Below are positions 31,576-37,909 of a DNA stretch of 37,909 bases, piece after piece. The notes beneath the pieces are model-generated. The model made no database searches. It saw only the letters and a list, made by a program, of their open reading frames with translations, and was not told where the DNA came from. Where the stretch lies: assembly GCA_001655205.1 (NCBI GenBank), contig LPNZ01008602.1, forward strand, positions 1 through 37,909, read 5' to 3'. How positions within the stretch are numbered: position 1 is the stretch's first letter; every line of letters begins with the position of its first letter. Made by a program: the position numbers and the translations under genes. This stretch comes from Lenisia limosa (Eukaryota > Protista > Breviatea).

Positions 31576-33624
31576 ACCCTCTCCATGCGCTTTTAATAAA
31601 AGTAATGGTGGCGAGGGGTTTCTGGGATATAAAAATTTCACTGGGATTTAAAATTTCACTGGGATTTTCACTATCTCATGATTCACTGTCTAGAGCCCTC
31701 TCATTGCAACGCCAAGCAGCCTGCTTCCTTCAGCGTATTGTGGAATCCCTTGGATAACTCCACTGCTAGTAAGCCTAACCTAATAGTTTGATTCCTCATT
31801 CTCAGTCAATATCTTTCCCGGTCTTCCAAGGCTAAAGCAAATTTTTAATATATTATACATATTACTTTGCAATTTATGTAGATATGCATATAATTATATC
31901 ATATGATATGTATTGTATCTGTAAGAAGGAGGACTTTTGTTTAAATTTTGTATTTCCCGTAAATTGCTCATCCATTATATTCTCCTTGAATATTACATGT
32001 TGTATTACCCCACCAATAATTCATTCTTGTCTGCACAAACCATTCCAAAACTCCAAAACAACTTATTTCAAACAGCCCCCCTGAACTAAGAATCCGTTTT
32101 TAAGACACCAAACACGCTCTTTTAACTTTATCTCTTCATATCATTTGTTGACTAAAACTTTCCAGTCCCCAAACCTGCGAATAGGACTCGAGGATCTCAG
32201 CTACACTGACTGCAATTCACCTCTACTTGGGCAACCTGCTCTGAAAGAGTAGGCCACTAATATTTGTAATAGTATATGATAGTATATCTATCATATACTA
32301 TGTATCAAATAATACATTGTTTGCCAAGGTCATAAGAAATGGTTTTATCTCTCTGTTAGCCAGTATTGCGGAAGATAGCTAACTGTGAAGAACGGTCCAA
32401 TTCGAAACAACCGAAAGACTCTCCAGATTTATTCAAAACAAATCGATGGGGTGAGTGTCATCACGTATCCGCAGACAGCCCTGTTCTGTTTAACTACATA
32501 CATGTAACAATAATTAAGGCGCTTGATGTATGATGCACACTATGGTCTTTGTACCCACTCTTTTGAAGATTGTGAGCTCTATCTTTGATTTTTCAGGTCA
32601 ACACTACTTGAGACTACAGGTACTGTTTGGAGTTCACAGAGTGGAAGAATGTGATTTGTTTATGTATATTACTTAAAGACATGGATTTTTAGTGTTGTAT
32701 TTGTTTGAAACAGCTTTACTACGATAACAGTCCAGATTTCAGCCCATATCGCTCTCCCCACGCGGCCTTATCAACCCATTGGCTAACGTTTCACGAAACA
32801 GGATGTTTGCCACCTGGCTTAGGAAAGTGTGTGTTGTGAATAATTCCAGATGTTATCAGACAGATCCATAAATTTAAGAGATAGAAAGTTTTGAATGTTT
32901 TCACACACTTACACAGGAATGTGTTGAAGTTTAACCTTCAAAGTTTGAACATCCATCAAGGCATTATTCTGGAGAAAGGAGCGACCTGCATTCTACTTGC
33001 AACTGCATGGGTATCTGAGGGTCATTTCTGCTCTTCTGTCTTGGCGATGCCTTGGCGTTGCGTTATCTACCAGAACCGTCAAATCACAACTACCTCAAAC
33101 TTGTGTTCAATTTCTGGATCTTTCAGGTGTGTTGATTAAGAAAGTAAAACGGTTTGTCATTGTAACATAGTCTTGTTTTTAGATTTTTACATTTGCATTA
33201 GTACTAAATATTCGAATTTATTGTGTGTGTTTACTGTATTCTCAACTTACTTACATGTTCAGATCATCATGACGATAGCAATTGCCTTCAGTCTTGATGT
33301 GTATGTCTTATGGCAACCACCAGCTGGTCTGGTCTTTACGGGCAATATCTTTCGTCCATTTGTTATTGTTTTTGTAAGCCTGGTACATGCGTTTATGTTT
33401 CATTGGATATTTCTGGCCAATAATCTCGGAGAGAATAATGGGACGCAAACAGGTTCAAAACGGCATTTTGAAGAGTCAGTTTATCTGATTTTCTATCTCA
33501 AGCAATATTTTTTTTGATGACATAGTGATAAGTTGATTTCATGATTAAGATTTCTATTTGCAATGCCACACTCTTGGTTGCGAGGTTCAATAACCTGAGG
33601 CTGTATTTTTCTGCTATTAAATAA
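31576..33624 (+). CDS. Putative multi-exon membrane protein of unknown function (5' end not found)
   Basis: Candidate GT-AG exons in compatible phases near the 3' end: EPSNHNYLKLVFNFWIFQ | IIMTIAIAFSLDVYVLWQPPAGLVFTGNIFRPFVIVF | ISICNATLLVARFNNLRLYFSAIK* (TAA 33622-33624). Upstream exons (31692, 32167, 32360, 32597, 32743) are plausible, but one junction does not phase cleanly. Confidence 0.35.
31622..31672. repeat. Short tandem repeat, ~2.7 x 18-19 bp
   Basis: CTGGGAT(A/T)TAAAATTTCA-type units at 31622, 31641 and 31659. Confidence 0.8.
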
Positions 33625-33942
33625 GAGACAGTAGCTTTTTGTAGTTTAGTGAAGTGTTTGGTATTGAATTTAGTAGTATGGTGTGTCTAGGTATGTAACT
33701 TTGATGGACTTCTGGTTTGAATTCTTTCAATCTGGTAATTCGATTAATTTGCTCTAACATTCGTATCAAAGATGGACTTTAACGATAAAACATATGATAC
33801 AACAACTATTCTGCACCCAGAGATAAAAACAGGGAAACAACTTTATATTTATCTAAAAAGGCGAAGAAAATAAAATAATAACAATTACCATAATGAAATC
33901 AGATAATCAGAAAATTCAAAGAAACAAAGGGCTTAAACATAC

Positions 33943-36762
33943 TTAAATGTCATTGTCTGCTTGTATTGGTTCTTGAACGGTGAAATAAAGGAGAAACTAA
34001 AAGAGAAATACAAATAAGAATAATCCCACACTAAAGTGGTTTGTTATGTTTAATACCACAAAAAAAAATACTTGATGGTTCAAAAATTTTCTCTTTGATT
34101 CGAAACCCAGCTTTCGCCCCAAGCAAACTTAATTCAGCCTTTGCAGCAGGCTCAGGATGAATTTCCTCTTCTAAATAGTAAACTGACAATATTCATCCTC
34201 TTTAAAATAATATTACAATGTGTTCAAGTTTGAAATACTAAGGCATCTCAGGGTTTGTATTGTTCTTTTTGATTCCCCAATTTTACCTGCTTTATTTGGT
34301 GCAGAATCTGGAACGCTTTTTGGCGCCGGAGTGTAGTAAGGCTGAATAGATAAGTGCGGAACTTCAACGGTCAAAATGGACGGTAATACCCCAGCATCCC
34401 CTTACTAGAACAGTCTTGCCCGTATTTTTGCCTGTCACAACAATAATGAGACCCATCATAATCAGCAGCCCTCCTAATAAGGTGAGTTTTAACCAGTATC
34501 ATATGAATTTCTAACTAAACCCGTGATAACATACCTACAACCATACCAACAGTGAGAGCCCTGTCAAAGACAACCACCATTATACCCGCAGTGAGAATGG
34601 GTTGTACTACATTACTGAGTGTCAGTCGAGTAGCCGTAATCTGCTTGAGAATATACGCCATTGCCCTTGTGGAAGTGAGATAAAGTGGATATGGGAAAAG
34701 AAGGTAAAGTAGAATTTAAAGATCCTGGTTTTCATTCGTTGAAACGCAGACCAGTATGATATCCTCCCCACGTAAAGCCGCCAGTTGACAGGACAGCCCC
34801 AGTGAACAAGACACCAAGCCAGGAAACAAGTGGCCACTTGAATCCGTCCGTTTCGTTCAGAAACAAGACACTTAGAGGTAGAAGCCAGATCAGACCGAAG
34901 AAATGCAGGTTTGTGTTGTAGGTCTCTGATGGTGTTAAGTAATAAAGTAAACTCTGCAGTATTATTTGAGAGAGCATCAACATAACTCCTCCTCCCCTCC
35001 CCCAACAAGTACATACTCTTGACTTTTTTCTTGATAATTATCGAAATGTAATCATTTGTTCTAATTCCCATCACAAACCAACCTGAGGGCATACATACCA
35101 GAACGTTGCGTTGCTGCACCATATACCACGTGAAGCAGAAAATGATAAATGCAACAATTGCCGAGCCCCAGTCAAACGACATCGTGTTGCCCGAGAAGAG
35201 CAACAGAGAAACCTTAGCTGTCAGTTGGGCATGGCTACTCAGGTTATGGCTTGAACAGAAGGGACAATTGATAATATTATCAGTTTTTTTATAGAACAAG
35301 ACTTGAGGTGTACCATATTTGACTTAGACATGTCCTATCCACTAACAAAGTAAAAAACCACCCAGCAACCCACAGTTCCGGCAACTGACAGAATCATGCC
35401 AATGGAGTTCCTCAAGGATAGCTTCTCGAAACCAAGGATTACCTCCCATCCCCATGTGAAAACCGGAGCAAGGCAGATCAGAATGGCAAAGTTGGTACTG
35501 GGCGGTTATAGTTGGAAAAACAACTGTACAGGCGGAAAAAAGAAGATACAATTGGCAGGTCCAATTATTATAAGCTTCAAAAATAAGTAATAAAACTTAC
35601 TATGAAACATAAAGGCACAATAAATGGAAATAAGTAATTGCATCTGCGAATATCATATTACTTGATATCAAATGTGTCAAGTTGACTTACCAATATGAAT
35701 ACTATTTGTATGAATCTAGTCCAACAACACTAACCTAGACGTCATAGAGAGCCCGTAAAACATTCCAAAAAAGTTCAATGAAATCCCGATAGTAGACAGG
35801 AAGGCAATACGGCTAAATAGTTAAAAGGACTGCATGTGATTCCTTTTGTTTCATGCTTTACTGGAAAATTAAGCGCGATATTTCATCACAATTATAATCA
35901 CATTTCACTACGTTACTTATTTGTAACCCACGTTGTCAATTTCCGATGTGGGGTTTGAATTGGCTTGCCTTGTGCTCTAAACAATTTTAAAATGGAAGAA
36001 AGGGACACTTTTATTCCTGTTGGACTTATTTGTGAAAGTAGAAATGAGACCAAATAAAGGGACGGGAAAAATATTGGTCTCACACCAATAAAAACATACT
36101 TTGTCAAGGATGCGAGGCAAGGGACCGCAAGAAACAAACGGCAAATGACAAACCTGTGGTAGGTCAATAATGATATCGGCGACACGAAAAAAATGATAAA
36201 AAATTAAGTTACAAAGAGGTGTGAGAGAATGTATTAAAAATAGATTATAGAACCGTGTATTTTTTAAAATGCAATTTAGCCCTCAATACGGTCTGCTACT
36301 TGGGAGCACATGCATACCAGTATGGGTGTGCGTGCTCAAGGGCAAACTTTGAGAGGACGTTGTTAACCACAAGGCAAGCCTGGATGAAGACTATGAGTGC
36401 ACAAACCTACAATGTCAATATTGGGCACAGGTAGAAGTGCACATGATGAAATGATGAAAAGTTTTTGGATTGCCCCCATTTTTCATTCGCCCTAACATTG
36501 TAGTCATACCCCCACGTACAATGATCATTTCTGATTTGGACAACGCAGCCTTTTGGGCGGAAGGCGTCTCACCATCTTCGTTCTTGCCTTCCTGTATCGG
36601 AGAAGAGGTTGAAGATAGCTCAGAGGCTGGTTTAGCAGCTCCAGTTGAGTTGGATGAACTATTGCTAGAAATACAAGGTTGCTCCACAGAAGGCTTCACA
36701 TTTACTTCCGTTACTTTTTCGTCGTGACACTGCTCACCTGTCCCTTGAGATGGGGAATTCAT
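33943..36762 (-). CDS. EamA / drug-metabolite transporter (DMT) family protein, WAT1/MtN21-like
   Basis: Ser-rich N-terminal exon (36762-36520), then VCALIVFIQACLVVNNVLSKFALEHAHPYWFVICRLFLAVPCL, RIAFLSTIGISLNFFGMFYGLSMTSSTNFAILICLAPVFTWGWEVILGFEKLSLRNSIGMILSVAG and NVVQPILTAGIMVVVFDRALTVGMVVGGLLIMMGLIIV. This is the two-repeat EamA pattern. Stop at 33943-33945. Confidence 0.88.
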
Positions 36763-37094
36763 TTGCAGCTGATCGGTTTATAACCATGAGTCGTGCGGGA
36801 GTCGGGAAGAGAATGAAGCTTTTGCTTTTATTGGTATCGTTTTGTGCTTGTGTCTAGTAGAGCATAGCCGAGTAGTAGCGTGTGTGGAAAAGGGCATTTT
36901 CAACCAAACACCACATTGAAATAGGCAATCAAAAGTTATCAGTCCTTTTTTGCAAAAAAAAAAGTCGAGAAAATACCCCTTCTCTTGTTGATCTGTTTAA
37001 AGTAAGCAGCTTTAGTGGAATTTTGGGCTTTACCCAGGTTTTGACACCACTTTTTTTTCGAAGCTGGTAGAGAGTTCTATTCACCTCTTCTACA

Positions 37095-37909
37095 ATGGCA
37101 AATCGGACAGATGACTCTGCGGCCCATATTCATGGACAGAATCCCCAGTTTCTTCTTGAAAAAATCACTCGCTCGAAGATTTACAATACCCGCTACTGGA
37201 AGGAAGAGTGCTTTGCTTTGACTGGTCAGTCTGAGCTGTTGACTTCTTAGGTTAATATTCGTTCTCTCCTTTCGATAATCTTTGGGATCAGTCAATGTGT
37301 TCATGTCTCTAGGTGAATCCTTGATTGAGAAAGCTATTGAGCTTCGCTACGTTGGAGGAACAGTTGGAAACGCTCTCAACCCCGTGCCTTTCATCTGCCT
37401 CCTTCTCAAGCTTCTTCAGATCCAGCCTTCCAAGGATGTCATCCTCGAATATGTCAAGAACGAGGACTTCAAGTGGGGAGGGGCAAAGGGGGGGGGGGTA
37501 TCCATGCCAAATTGTTTTTGCCAAACTATTATTAATAATTCATTGATATTCGTTTCATTAACCCTGTAGATATCTCCGTCTTCTTGGTGCCATTTACCTT
37601 CGTATGACCGGCACATCTGTTGAGGTGAGAGGCTGGTTCTATTCTTCTGAGTAATTTGGTTGTCATTTGATTATATTGCCGCTTTTCACTTCAGAGAGTT
37701 TGTTTTTTGTTGATCAAATCATCCGTGTCTAAAATGATGAGTCAATATGGTGTCTATCTTTATTGATTCTCATTACCCTCCAGGTCTACCAGTATCTTGA
37801 GGCACTTCTCAATGATTTCCGCAAATTCAAAACCCTCAATCAGTCCGGTATGGTGATAATTTTATCGTGGACTCTGTGGTGTTCTCAAGCAGATATTCTG
37901 CTCATAGAT
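37095..37909 (+). CDS. PRP38: Pre-mRNA splicing factor Prp38 (PRPF38A-like), 3'-partial
   Basis: MANRTDDSAAHIHGQNPQFLLEKITRSKIYNTRYWKEECFALTGESLIEKAIELRYVGG...PFICLLLKLLQIQPSKDVILEYVKNEDFKYLRLLGAIYLRMTGTSVEVYQYLEALLNDFRK across four GT-AG exons. This is the characteristic Prp38 N-terminal domain. Confidence 0.97.

Noticed and set aside
32941-33126. Faint resemblance of DLHSTCNCMEPSNHNYLKLVF to the DHHC palmitoyltransferase motif
   Set aside because: The DHHC tetrapeptide and upstream CCHC zinc ligands are absent, and the exon frame is uncertain.
34622-35299. 225-aa minus-strand ORF as a standalone gene
   Set aside because: It is a read-through of one EamA exon plus introns; the conserved transporter frame switches at splice sites.

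Overview
This is a gene-dense, very intron-rich eukaryotic (protist-like) window using the standard genetic code and GT-AG introns of roughly 50-450 nt. Most ORF-track entries are exon fragments or antisense noise, so genes were rebuilt by hand-splicing. In order: (1) a 5'-truncated class I PI3K catalytic subunit (+, about 32 exons); (2) a four-TM protein with Gln/Pro/Tyr-rich tails (+); (3) a 21-exon coiled-coil protein (-); (4) a tentative small UBZ-type zinc-finger gene (-); (5) a ~13.5 kb surface receptor-like gene (+) with signal peptide, RCC1-like repeats, IPT/TIG-like modules, GCC2/GCC3 Cys-rich repeats and a multi-pass TM C-terminus, containing a three-exon duplicate with only synonymous differences; (6) a tentative membrane protein (+); (7) an EamA/DMT transporter (-); (8) a 3'-truncated PRP38 (+). 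The most distinctive non-coding signals are a ~90 bp intronic hairpin (MITE-like) family in six copies whose arms co-vary, a TTAA-flanked Kolobok-like MITE, a Tc1/mariner-like MITE, and a pervasive intron style with G-runs after the donor and C-runs before the acceptor. No tRNA, rRNA or CRISPR array was recognised. Exon boundaries are manual and unverified by transcripts.
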